Below, in pieces: positions 46,201-53,616 of a DNA stretch of 64,000 bases. The position numbers were made by a program, and so were the translations under genes. This DNA comes from an uncultured virus (IMG/VR IMGVR_UViG_3300037420_001751). Its lineage: Duplodnaviria > Heunggongvirae > Uroviricota > Caudoviricetes. The notes under the pieces were generated by a model. It was not told the origin of the DNA, did not search any database, and worked only from the letters and a program-made list of their open reading frames with translations. Positions within the stretch are counted from its first letter, which is position 1. Each line of letters begins with the position of its first letter. The DNA lies in the IMG/VR virus record IMGVR_UViG_3300037420_001751. One strand, given 5' to 3'.

Positions 46201-46455
46201 CACTGCTACCGCTAACAGTGCAATGGTCTTGAAAACACTCTTTTGCAGCAACGGACGGACAATAACAATCTCGTCCTTTTTTGGAACATAGACTGCTGCT
46301 TCCCAGCTTGTGAGGATTTTTCCCTCAACAGTAACTAAGTGGCCATCGGTGTCAATGTATTCAAGGAGCGGGGCGCCCGTGTAGGGATGCGCAGACTTTT
46401 CGTCGTGGCTGCGGTCAAAAGGATTCTTTACATGTAGGATTTCAAACTTTTCCAT
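40282..46455 (-). CDS. tail tip / central fibre protein (TipJ-like) with LamG-like, CBM-like and C-terminal Hint domains
   Basis: TYGW..G.PI...G, V.FPKGLY, NNPA..D.LTN..YGAG; position after the NlpC/P60 gene; C-terminal C...HN. Confidence 0.88.
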   Translation of the reverse strand: MEKFEILHVKNPFDRSHDEKSAHPYTGAPLLEYIDTDGHLVTVEGKILTSWEAAVYVPKKDEIVIVRPLLQKSVFKTIALLAVAVVGTLITSGILLSGLSIFWGAIIGAAVSIGGSLLINAIIPPPSPTKQQETPTYGWSGAQLTARQGIPIAKGWGTFQEAGNVIASYVTTESNKQYQHLLIALGHGPAKSISNILINDNPLENYKGIWVEKRLGYIDQSVIPFFNDVIDDYAQNVKVSVSGGAVTISGKSSNTEAVEVGVVFPKGLYRTDDKGKLKNLAVGWKLEVALNGGAFTEVLTPRTTANVNQTDHWVAIANDQLLGAPTGMTFVYATSANPTDHYEGEPYDQTVTVNYYDEFSTVYSRSQRNQGTWTKNPMNSATGGQSGSTLVIPQTWTTVSKFTSAASSQPQRDTLRIDKLTKGKYDVRITKIGYVDDASHVSFTSNSLTRADKDQNGASDEMWLESVKEIEYRSLTHPGLILLGIRALATEQLNGQTMNVTALVDHGTPETAGYKHMVAADRPTIFYRFDETGGTTVLDASGLGYNGTYNGTVNKNLRGLIKNSPSLAIRPNYDNNISYVSIDTPPTIPAANWSFECWLKTNASAGGVGADGFLMESVTGTTYAYVRNDAAGTNLRKINVSIVGGTSYFSTAALALDTLYHIAIIVNGTNLKIIINGVLDSSQTITLPTGTFQPKKVARNFYGARFDEWAFYNYSVRPMRFKQHYTTGRSKHNVLEPFLGNNPAIVGWDALTNDVYGAGQDYSSVNEQKFLELANRSNEVVSNGRGGQIFRYEINGIADAQTNVWDFLNTKLGPSCGSTFIQVGTSISVVVDKPGNVDQIFGMGNILRGSLKESWLGQTDRANSLDLFYSDELNGYKRQPIIVEKTEVIQAGQEIRKAGQMDLWGVTSEARAWLLGRYHLLSNDYQRMSVEFVTSIDGLGATLGSVIALAHDVPKYSISGRIRKRNSSTSFRLDQPVTMVGGGVTYSLVTRHDKVQRATGTINNISDNIVTLNGYTLDTTVKRFVVGAIDLKVVSTGTGYVEVEDTTGLSNGQTYFLYDTDVIETIPVTTVVGTSDTITVSTPFSTTVNGIEDDETIPNIYFFISSVNTYKKFRITNISRHQDLNVRIRAIEYNAQFYTDLDTDPLITPTRSAYAVYGPLNAQSSTNNAGTGTRAWSNVGNILLSDNVYATAQNSAAGTTETSNFLFAQNPDPKILPADTIVGIVVDVECAAVVAAGGSVTDATVKLLKNGVVVGSNRANGAWSATEGHRTYGGTKDLWDVHLGAELLANGGGETGTVGVQAPSWTLGNASGLLVANDFVKSGAKSLKITNASATDSFSYQDITVTQGKVYRLSGWIKTTALNTADSGWGAVLNLDVISGSIAVVSRVGSTPFGTASGSNPWDVGIAACDAAVDWTYVEVVFKCTVGGTLRLYAQLGHAGGIVGSAWFDNVSIVPYQELTVADANAADWGVAISVSMVTAGGQPVTVARVDNVRFTFYTSKAANAQVKSLTGTETAVMVDGTWQNRFVLNWINGQNTYGADVYASINNGPEVFLGRVYGNPQFSYDVKAGDAAIFRVVGFDIQGFYAPYQSAPTFTALVLGNSTNLIKNSTFKAAYALWEPAGVSGPGLPGLRAADVYAYDGVTDGGHAFFTTGSSASATLGWMTQPILGMIASTPYTVSGYVWVPSGCAGSLCIEILDEGGGTIARAHLKLSTAITNQWVRISATATTPGSFNPVLRVFIDSTDEAVSIPSGKTFKVQKIQVEVGSSATSWVDDDYVTALQALTGTSSISLTGQASVISATINSGFASSTTTTSIQVSWVQLLIQFAANRKIRVPAGSLTASSLSAGTTYYFYIYYNITNLRMTFVTGTTGSPAIAFTSRSDAAVAEQTADGHIQISNGALQIATPSTGTGGGSGFGGSECPEWRQIVHHKERGDVEIRTCVVGDVISNGRGGWTTIQRITFVDCDEFIEIETDYGRVVQSPETRMKLADGSDTRVSNMKVYDVVEVPGGSYAVVNSVRRLRINSKKAVITCAEDHEFACGDIAPSHIVHNIISSK

Positions 46456-46825
46456 ATCGATAAAAACCTACAATCCGGTTACGCCAAAACATGTGATTAA
46501 GCGGCTGACGGACGGTGCTGGCGCCAAACAGTATATGAATAAAATACCCGCTTTCAACTGCGATGCCAACATGTCGGTTAATACCCCCGACTTTGAAAAG
46601 GATCACATCCCCAAATTCTATTTCTTCAACGGGCTCCCAACCATCCCCCATTGCGGCTAACACAACACCAGGCTTAGAGGTATCATCAACGAGTGTGTTG
46701 TAATCCGGAAGATGGATACCGAAACGACGATAGCACTCCATGACAAGACCATAACAGTCATAATTCGGACCGCGACCACCGTCCTCGTAAAGAGTTCCGA
46801 TAAGGTCTTGATAATCAAATATCAC
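46442..46825 (-). CDS. NlpC/P60 tail assembly peptidase
   Basis: GGRGP.YDCYGLV, HVGI, FIH. Confidence 0.9.
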   Translation of the reverse strand: MIFDYQDLIGTLYEDGGRGPNYDCYGLVMECYRRFGIHLPDYNTLVDDTSKPGVVLAAMGDGWEPVEEIEFGDVILFKVGGINRHVGIAVESGYFIHILFGASTVRQPLNHMFWRNRIVGFYRYGKV

Positions 46826-47499
46826 GAAGTGGTCGCGCGGCGGAATCCCGCAACATCGATGGAAGGGGAAGCCCCATAATTCGGAACATTGCCGTGAACA
46901 GCGCAGCCGTTGTCGCCGTCGAGCAGCTTACTGCAAGAAGTCAAGTTACCCACATAGCCACACATGCGTCCTCGCGGATCGAGATTAGCTTGCATCGTGG
47001 GTGTGTTGAAAACATGTCGGCAATAAGAACCCAAATAAATGCCTTTCGGAAAGACGGAACGCAACAAGTTCGGAGCACCAAGAGTGAAATGCGCCATGGC
47101 CTCGTCCGCGGTCGCCGCGATGATTTCAAAATTGCTAACGAACTCAGGCTCACCAGCCAAGTCAGCAGTGTTGACGAGCATGATCTGCACAGTGGCATCT
47201 ACACCCCCACCATACGTGTTCATTTCCGCCTGGATAGCACCGTTGACATTAGAAACCTGAAGTTCGAGTTGCGGCAACTCACCTCCGCTTTTGTTTTCCA
47301 GAACTGCGAGGTCGAAGGAAAATGCAAGATAAGTATTACCCTGGTAAACAACGTCCTGGTTATTGTCAGCTAGGTAAACGATGTCGGACGGATTGTTTAC
47401 CGGATCGAGGGTGATCTTAACTAATGTGATCCACGGTGTGGAAGCGACTAGCTTGTTCTTCTGTTGGATGGAAGACAGCTTAAGATTCAGGTTAGCCAC
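46822..47499 (-). CDS. minor tail protein (lambda L / hub-like)
   Basis: Position; C-terminal Cys cluster CRH..CGY.G..CSK..C. Confidence 0.75.
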   Translation of the reverse strand: MANLNLKLSSIQQKNKLVASTPWITLVKITLDPVNNPSDIVYLADNNQDVVYQGNTYLAFSFDLAVLENKSGGELPQLELQVSNVNGAIQAEMNTYGGGVDATVQIMLVNTADLAGEPEFVSNFEIIAATADEAMAHFTLGAPNLLRSVFPKGIYLGSYCRHVFNTPTMQANLDPRGRMCGYVGNLTSCSKLLDGDNGCAVHGNVPNYGASPSIDVAGFRRATTS

Positions 47500-47849
47500 T
47501 AGACCTGCTCCAACGTGATGTTGTCCACATCCCAATAATTAACACCACGGTAGATGAATTCAGGCTCACCGCGGAATCGCACTGTATAAACAACTGCTGA
47601 TTGAGGATGTGTCCAAGTGAAGCTGATCGCTTCAAGAAACACTGTATTCGTGATGAAATTCTCTAGCGTGTCCTTATCCGCCTGAGTCAGCAACGTGTAG
47701 CGGAATAGGAACTTCTTGCGCACACGTGTGCTACGAGGCCGGGTAGCGTTGTAGACCTCTCCCTCATCCCGGATAGTGTTTCCTTCCACATAACCTTCTT
47801 TGAAGTTATTGCGGTCGGGGGTTTTCGCCAATGAAGGAAACGACGGCAT
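47499..47849 (-). CDS. distal tail protein (lambda M-like)
   Basis: Follows tape measure; RPR.T, F.WTHP...VRF. Confidence 0.7.
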   Translation of the reverse strand: MPSFPSLAKTPDRNNFKEGYVEGNTIRDEGEVYNATRPRSTRVRKKFLFRYTLLTQADKDTLENFITNTVFLEAISFTWTHPQSAVVYTVRFRGEPEFIYRGVNYWDVDNITLEQV

Positions 47850-47856
47850 ACCTTAA

Positions 47857-50800
47857 TTATCCCTGTGAACGGCGAATGGGGCCGTTCGTGGTTTGCTGCT
47901 TGAGGAAGACATCTACTACCATTTCCTCGAGCGTCGGGTCCCAACGTGACTGGCCGCGGCGAGCATCCACCTGCTGGCCACTTTGGTTGATGACATTTAC
48001 AGAAACTTTCGGGGGGCGGCTGCTTTGGCCACCCGCAATGGTAACCGGAATTGTCCGTCCATCGGGAAGCGGTACATAAGCTTCCGGACGGCGTAATTCG
48101 CCAAACATAGCGAGCTGCGGCGAATCCGCAACGCCACCAAACCGATACTGGTTCAGCTGAAGGACTCCACGATTAGTCATGATGCCGCCCATCGCAAAAC
48201 CCGGCAATGCGAGCGGTAGGTTGGGAGCTGGGCCGATGTCGCCGAACAATTTCGGAATCGAACCACCTGAAATCGAAGGTGCTCCACCCGTAAAGAGCCC
48301 AACGGCCGCTCCGATAATCGTCCCAAGAATGCCCCCGCCCCCTCCCGATCCTGATGCTGCAGCACCTTGGAGTCCAGCGATCATTTGCTTGAACTCCAAG
48401 CCCACTTCTTGAATCATTGCTTTGAAAGCGTTGTCTACATCTACAGCGGCTTGGACAAAGGGTTGAGCCAACGGGTTGGTGCTGGGTGTGATGCCGCCCC
48501 CACTTTTTCCACCGGTAAAGATACCGAGTACCTTACGGAAAATCTTGGTAAGGAAGTTGCCCCCACCCGTGTCCGGACTACCCGGGCCCGCGGCTCCGAG
48601 GATGCTCTCAAACAACTTGGAAAATACTTTCTGAACGATCAGTTGGTTCAATTGATGGCGCAATGAATCCAAAAAGCTCCCGAAGCTGAACTTACCCTTA
48701 TCCAAAAATTGCACGAACTGGTCGTTCAACGTTTGGAAGGCATTTGCGAAAGCATCGTGAATGTTCTGCGCAGAACGCTTAGATTGTTCCACGTATTCAC
48801 GCATGAACAGAACAATGCCATCCCGGCCATTGCGAGATTTGGAAAGCATCTCGTCTACTTGGCGGTCGTAGGCGTCCTGTAAATCCTGTAACGCTAGCTT
48901 GTACGCTTGCGTATTGCGCATCGCTTCTGGTACAGCTAAGTTCAGACGTTCCAGTTCGCGACGGTATTTGTACTCAGCGTCGTACGTTTCAAGGAACGAC
49001 TTATACGCTTCCGCATTTCGTAGCGCTTCCTGCGACTTGAGATACTTATCGATAAGAGACTTATAGACGTCGACTTCCTTTCCTTTAATGTCGACGCCTA
49101 AAGCGCGGATTGCATTCTCAATCTGCATCTCCCGGTTCACACGACGAACCGCGGTTTCACCCTGCAGAGTGGCTGCGGTGAGTTTATCCGTTTGCTCAAT
49201 GCCCACACTCAGGTTGAGCGACTCCTGACGAATTTTCGCGTAAGCGGTCGACAAATCACGGAGCTTAGCGACCCAATCGTTCAAGCTAAGGATCTGTTCC
49301 TTTTGGGCATCCGTGAGCTTGCGTTTGCCACCAGCTTCAAGCTGGATGATCTGCTGTAAAGCTTTCCGACGTGCTTCTTCATCGCGCAGCGCGGCATTGC
49401 CCTCGTACAAGCTGGATACATAATCCTTGTTGATTTTGATCAGTGTTTGCGCTGAGTCTTTTTCCTCGTTCAGGCGTTGAATTGTCTGCTTAATACGATC
49501 GGCGTGCGCTTTCGTTTCAATGTCTTCAATCGGTGATTTTTGCGGCTTGAAGTTCAGCGCGAAGTCAGGAACGTTTAGGATGCCGGGCTTTTGCACTTGG
49601 CCGAAAGCGTTCTTGAAACCACCTTCCATCGCCGCTTTGTCGGTTTTCTCACGATTCTCCGAATACTCGGCCCACGCGCCAAAGAACTCTTTCAACGCAT
49701 TCTTTGCTTGACCCACCCACGTGGTTTCCAGCCAATCCCCGAACTTGCTGAATCCGGACTTCAGCGCATCCAGCATCGGGGTGCCGTACACGTCCATCAC
49801 AAATGAATAGACGCTCTTAACCGCGTCCAGTGCTTTATTCTTAAAATCCGCTAACGGCTTAAGGGCATCTTTGATAGTGTCACGAATCAGTTCCCATGCG
49901 GTAAGCCCAAAGGTTTTCAACTTTGCGCTATGCCCATTTACTTCAATCACCGAGTCGCGGAACGAGTAGAGGGCGATGCCCGCGGCAGCAATCGCTGCGG
50001 CAATCCAACCCCAAACCGGAACAGAAGCCAGTACACCCATCAAGCTACCCGCGGCACCGGAAGCAGCCACTCCCAAACGTGACACAAGTCCGGTAATCGT
50101 TGCCCATGGAGTAGACACAAGTCTGGTAATAGTCAGCCTTGCGGATGTACCGAGTTCCTGCCAACCTTTGACGGTCAACAGGGACGCTGCGTTGAAACTG
50201 ACTTGCAGACCAAGCTGCTTTGCGTAGGACTCTGACAGCTTCTTGATTTCGATATCCAGCTCTTTTACTGCGGTGCTAGTCAACCGCGTGTTGAGCTGTT
50301 GCTGGCTTAAAAGTTGACCGTTGCGTCCGTACAAAATGGAGAGAGCCTTAAACTGCTTTTCCGCTTCTCCAACGTCTTCGAAAGCACCGGATGCCGCCCG
50401 TGTTCGGAACTGCGAAGTGTTGAGCAGTTTTCCGCCACGAGTCTTAAACAGCGAAAACGGGTCGCCAGCGGCAACTGCGGTAGCAGAACCAGAGCTGCTG
50501 AACAAGCTACCCGCGGAGAGCAGCGCTTGCACCGCTTGCAACTCTTTTAACTCCTTAGTGAGCTTTATTACGCGCTCTGTAAGCTCCGCAAAAAACAAGC
50601 CTGTCCGCAACGTAGCGAAGGCTCCTAGTACAAACAGCACCTCATTAGCATGCTTAGCTAGGAACGCAAAAGCGTCCGTTGCCAAACTGATCGCTTTGGC
50701 GAGGAGAGAGCCGAAATTTCGCGCTGCGTCTTTCATCTCATCGCTGCGCAGCAAATCAGTCACTTTACGTAGAGACGAATTGAACGCTTCTCCAAATCCT

Positions 50801-51585
50801 CCCTCGCTGATAAAGAGACGGAACTCGAACAAAGCGGTCTTGAACTTGTTCAGCAGCGCCTGGGTACTGCCCGCTGCTTTCTCAGCCGCGGCCGCGTAGC
50901 GTTTTTCCAAGAGTTCGGAGAACTTAGGTAGAAATTGTGACGTCAACAGTTGCCCGCTGCGCACCATCTCCGTCAACTTTGACGTCGTAACACCCATCGC
51001 TTGTGCAGCAACGTTGAAAGCACCCGGCAAGTTATCGCCCAACTGACGGCGAAGTTCCTGCATAGTCACAGCGCCCTTTGAAATCATCTGCTGGATGGCG
51101 TAGAGGGCGAGTTCCGTGTGTTGGGAAGAAAGTCCAAGAGCAGTCGAGGCGGTTACCACTGCGCGGAAAGATTTTTCCACGCCCGCGCCTTCCAGTGCAG
51201 TGCCCTTCGCCGCAGCGGACATCTGGGCGAACTGTTGGGCGACAGTCGGGAGATCTAATCCTAGACGATACGCGAGGTCGCGTAATTCCCCGAACGTGAC
51301 CGCAGCTAGTCCTGCGGAACCTTTCGCAGCCAGGAGCGTGTTGGAGATACGCTGCATCTGCGTGTTGGCGTCCACAATACCCTCAGTGAGACGTCCGAAA
51401 CCGAGGCCCAGGATTGCGTTACGCAGATTGAAAAAGCTGCCGGTGATCCCGCTGATCTGAGAACGAATACGCTGGGCAGCAGTGTCCGCCTTATTAGACA
51501 TGGAGTCCAGTGCGCGGTTAAATTCATCCCGCCCGCGCACTGCTCCCGATGCGTCAATAGGTACTGCTAATCCTGCAATATCCAC
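47857..51585 (-). CDS. tail tape measure protein
   Basis: 1242 aa Ala-rich helical protein; QMISKG.V.MQELRRQLGD.LPGA domain; FAMGG..GE..PEA C-terminus. Confidence 0.95.
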   Translation of the reverse strand: MDIAGLAVPIDASGAVRGRDEFNRALDSMSNKADTAAQRIRSQISGITGSFFNLRNAILGLGFGRLTEGIVDANTQMQRISNTLLAAKGSAGLAAVTFGELRDLAYRLGLDLPTVAQQFAQMSAAAKGTALEGAGVEKSFRAVVTASTALGLSSQHTELALYAIQQMISKGAVTMQELRRQLGDNLPGAFNVAAQAMGVTTSKLTEMVRSGQLLTSQFLPKFSELLEKRYAAAAEKAAGSTQALLNKFKTALFEFRLFISEGGFGEAFNSSLRKVTDLLRSDEMKDAARNFGSLLAKAISLATDAFAFLAKHANEVLFVLGAFATLRTGLFFAELTERVIKLTKELKELQAVQALLSAGSLFSSSGSATAVAAGDPFSLFKTRGGKLLNTSQFRTRAASGAFEDVGEAEKQFKALSILYGRNGQLLSQQQLNTRLTSTAVKELDIEIKKLSESYAKQLGLQVSFNAASLLTVKGWQELGTSARLTITRLVSTPWATITGLVSRLGVAASGAAGSLMGVLASVPVWGWIAAAIAAAGIALYSFRDSVIEVNGHSAKLKTFGLTAWELIRDTIKDALKPLADFKNKALDAVKSVYSFVMDVYGTPMLDALKSGFSKFGDWLETTWVGQAKNALKEFFGAWAEYSENREKTDKAAMEGGFKNAFGQVQKPGILNVPDFALNFKPQKSPIEDIETKAHADRIKQTIQRLNEEKDSAQTLIKINKDYVSSLYEGNAALRDEEARRKALQQIIQLEAGGKRKLTDAQKEQILSLNDWVAKLRDLSTAYAKIRQESLNLSVGIEQTDKLTAATLQGETAVRRVNREMQIENAIRALGVDIKGKEVDVYKSLIDKYLKSQEALRNAEAYKSFLETYDAEYKYRRELERLNLAVPEAMRNTQAYKLALQDLQDAYDRQVDEMLSKSRNGRDGIVLFMREYVEQSKRSAQNIHDAFANAFQTLNDQFVQFLDKGKFSFGSFLDSLRHQLNQLIVQKVFSKLFESILGAAGPGSPDTGGGNFLTKIFRKVLGIFTGGKSGGGITPSTNPLAQPFVQAAVDVDNAFKAMIQEVGLEFKQMIAGLQGAAASGSGGGGGILGTIIGAAVGLFTGGAPSISGGSIPKLFGDIGPAPNLPLALPGFAMGGIMTNRGVLQLNQYRFGGVADSPQLAMFGELRRPEAYVPLPDGRTIPVTIAGGQSSRPPKVSVNVINQSGQQVDARRGQSRWDPTLEEMVVDVFLKQQTTNGPIRRSQG

Positions 51586-51586
51586 T

Positions 51587-51880
51587 TTAAGAGTCCTTTG
51601 GTTCTTCCGGTTTCTCGTTTGCGTGGCTCAGGTAAACTGAATCCATTTCACGAATAAACCTTAGATACCTTCGTTGCCCATCTTTCGTGTTGATACCGTC
51701 CCAAATACAATATTCAATTATGTCACGAAACGGTATTGGCAACGACCCGCCCATGGTAACCTGCCGGGAGGCGGAAAGTAAATGGAAAGCCTCCCAAACA
51801 GGAATCATGTGCCGCAAAAGGATCGGCATTTCTTGAAGCACCCGTAATGGTCTTCCGAGTTCTTCTTGAAGCTGCAGCAA
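51587..51880 (-). CDS. tail assembly chaperone, frameshift (T) part
   Basis: WEAF.LLS.SR..MG..PIP..I..Y..D..YL motif; -1 frame open back to the slippery site. Confidence 0.8.
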   Translation of the reverse strand: MLQLQEELGRPLRVLQEMPILLRHMIPVWEAFHLLSASRQVTMGGSLPIPFRDIIEYCIWDGINTKDGQRRYLRFIREMDSVYLSHANEKPEEPKDS

Positions 51881-51915
51881 CCACGCTAGGTGGTCGGGAC
51901 CCTGTTCTCCATGTT

Positions 51916-52329
51916 TCAGCTGCCAGTGGAGACAGGCGCGGAGTTTTTTACTTCTGCTTCAGCTTGCGCACGCCGAAAGTTTTCAATGTTTTCCGACTCG
52001 CGGGTGACGAGCTGCTTAAAGCGGGGGACTTTGCTGATCCATTCGAAGGCCTTTTCAGGGCTGTAGGGAACATCGACGCCGTTTTCCTGCATGTTCTCCC
52101 AGCCGAGAAGGATGCCTTCGGAAATGGTGCGGTTCTCTAGTTCCTTGGCTTTCTCCTCGCCGATGACGTTCAGTGCGAAGCTGCTCTCATACGGAGCGAT
52201 GATCCTTTTCGCGACCTGCTTGTAACGGTCAGAGCTGCTGCTCGCGACGAGAATCTTACCATCGCCGCACGGACGCCAGACACCGCTTTCTTCTAGCGAA
52301 GAGTCAGTTTGCAGTTTTGTAATATCCAC
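51916..52329 (-). CDS. tail assembly chaperone (G part)
   Basis: Between tail tube and tape measure; E.GVW, ILLGWE, VPYS.E.A. Confidence 0.85.
   Translation of the reverse strand: MDITKLQTDSSLEESGVWRPCGDGKILVASSSSDRYKQVAKRIIAPYESSFALNVIGEEKAKELENRTISEGILLGWENMQENGVDVPYSPEKAFEWISKVPRFKQLVTRESENIENFRRAQAEAEVKNSAPVSTGS
51943..51949 (-). other. programmed -1 ribosomal frameshift site A-AAA-AAC
   Basis: In-frame X XXY YYZ heptamer near the chaperone 3' end. Confidence 0.8.
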
Positions 52330-52347
52330 TGTTCCATCCTGTGAATT

Positions 52348-52376
52348 AAAAAGCTCGTGCCATTGGCACGAGCTTT
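52348..52376 (-). terminator. intrinsic terminator after the tail tube gene
   Basis: AAAGCTCGTGCC-AAT-GGCACGAGCTTT followed by further T. Confidence 0.8.
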
Positions 52377-52395
52377 ATTGTACAGCGCCCGCGGT

Positions 52396-53550
52396 TTATC
52401 GCGTGATAACAACCATGGAGTTGGAGTTCACGTTGCGAATCGCTTCGAACTCGAACGGCAACATGATGTCCTGGTCTTTGCCAGCAGCCTTTGGACTGCC
52501 CTTCGTCAACTTGATCGATGGGATCGTCCAAGTCATGATGTTGCTCGCCGCGTCCGTGGTACGGAAGGAAAGGGCGATGGTGTCGTGGTTGATAAGATTG
52601 TTCAGCAGGACCAGGTCTTCGAAGTACGCTTCCAGCGTACCCTTCACCATCATGCTGCCCCAAGCAACGCCGCCCGCAGCCTGATCAGCGACGATCTCCT
52701 GACGACGCATATCGTTTTGCAGTTGCAGCTTGATGCTCTTGATGCCGGTAGTCAGCGCAACACCGTCCTTCATCAGCTGCCCCACGTTGGCACTCGCCGA
52801 CATGATGCTGTTGGCGTTAGCAGCAACCAATGAACCGGAAACAGTAGCAGCACCAGGGACACCAGCTTTGCCGATCACTCCCATCTTGCCCTTAATGACT
52901 TGACGGGCGGTGATATCCAACTCGAAATCCGAGATGCGGCAACCGTTGAAGTACATGAACTTCGAGATGTCCTGGAACTGCTTTTCAAACACGAAGCTGC
53001 GTTCAGTGACTCCCGTTACCAGGTGCTGAGCAACGGCGGTCTCGTTACCGGTGCCGGCTTCAGTCACGATGACGTTGTTGGGGTCCGCCACAGTGATGAC
53101 GGTCGCAGTAACGCCTGTGACCAGGAAACGGGCGTTGTTCGCAGTCGCGACAAAACCGCCGAACAGGACTTCCATGCCCGGGATGATGCCGTCCGTGATC
53201 CAACTGCCGGATGACCGCGTAAAGGTCTTAGCACCCGAGCTAGCGGAAACGTTGAGCGTGGAGAGGTTGATATTGCTCCACGTACCGCCGCACAGTGCTT
53301 CCAGAAAAGTGTCCCACGTGCTGTAGGAAAGTTCGAAGTTAACATCACCAGCGACGTTGTAACCGAGAACTGCAAGATCATCGGTCATGCGGTCCGCGCG
53401 AATGGTCTCTGAACGTGCCGTGTCCTTGTCACGATCAATCGATTCACCAGTGAAACGCAGCTGAGTAAATGCACCTCCGCTGGGCGTTTCACCCCAATTC
53501 GTTTCGCTCTTGTAGTAGATCGCAGAGCGATTTGATTGTGCTTTCGCCAT
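52396..53550 (-). CDS. major tail tube protein with inserted beta domain
   Basis: E..WGETP, LRFTGES, SETIR.DR, SF..EKQF.D, G.L.AYFED. Confidence 0.88.
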   Translation of the reverse strand: MAKAQSNRSAIYYKSETNWGETPSGGAFTQLRFTGESIDRDKDTARSETIRADRMTDDLAVLGYNVAGDVNFELSYSTWDTFLEALCGGTWSNINLSTLNVSASSGAKTFTRSSGSWITDGIIPGMEVLFGGFVATANNARFLVTGVTATVITVADPNNVIVTEAGTGNETAVAQHLVTGVTERSFVFEKQFQDISKFMYFNGCRISDFELDITARQVIKGKMGVIGKAGVPGAATVSGSLVAANANSIMSASANVGQLMKDGVALTTGIKSIKLQLQNDMRRQEIVADQAAGGVAWGSMMVKGTLEAYFEDLVLLNNLINHDTIALSFRTTDAASNIMTWTIPSIKLTKGSPKAAGKDQDIMLPFEFEAIRNVNSNSMVVITR

Positions 53551-53616
53551 TTGAAATTACCCTCCGGAGGTAACAGCTAACATGGTACTATAACCACTCT
53601 TTCAAGGCCCAATCCG

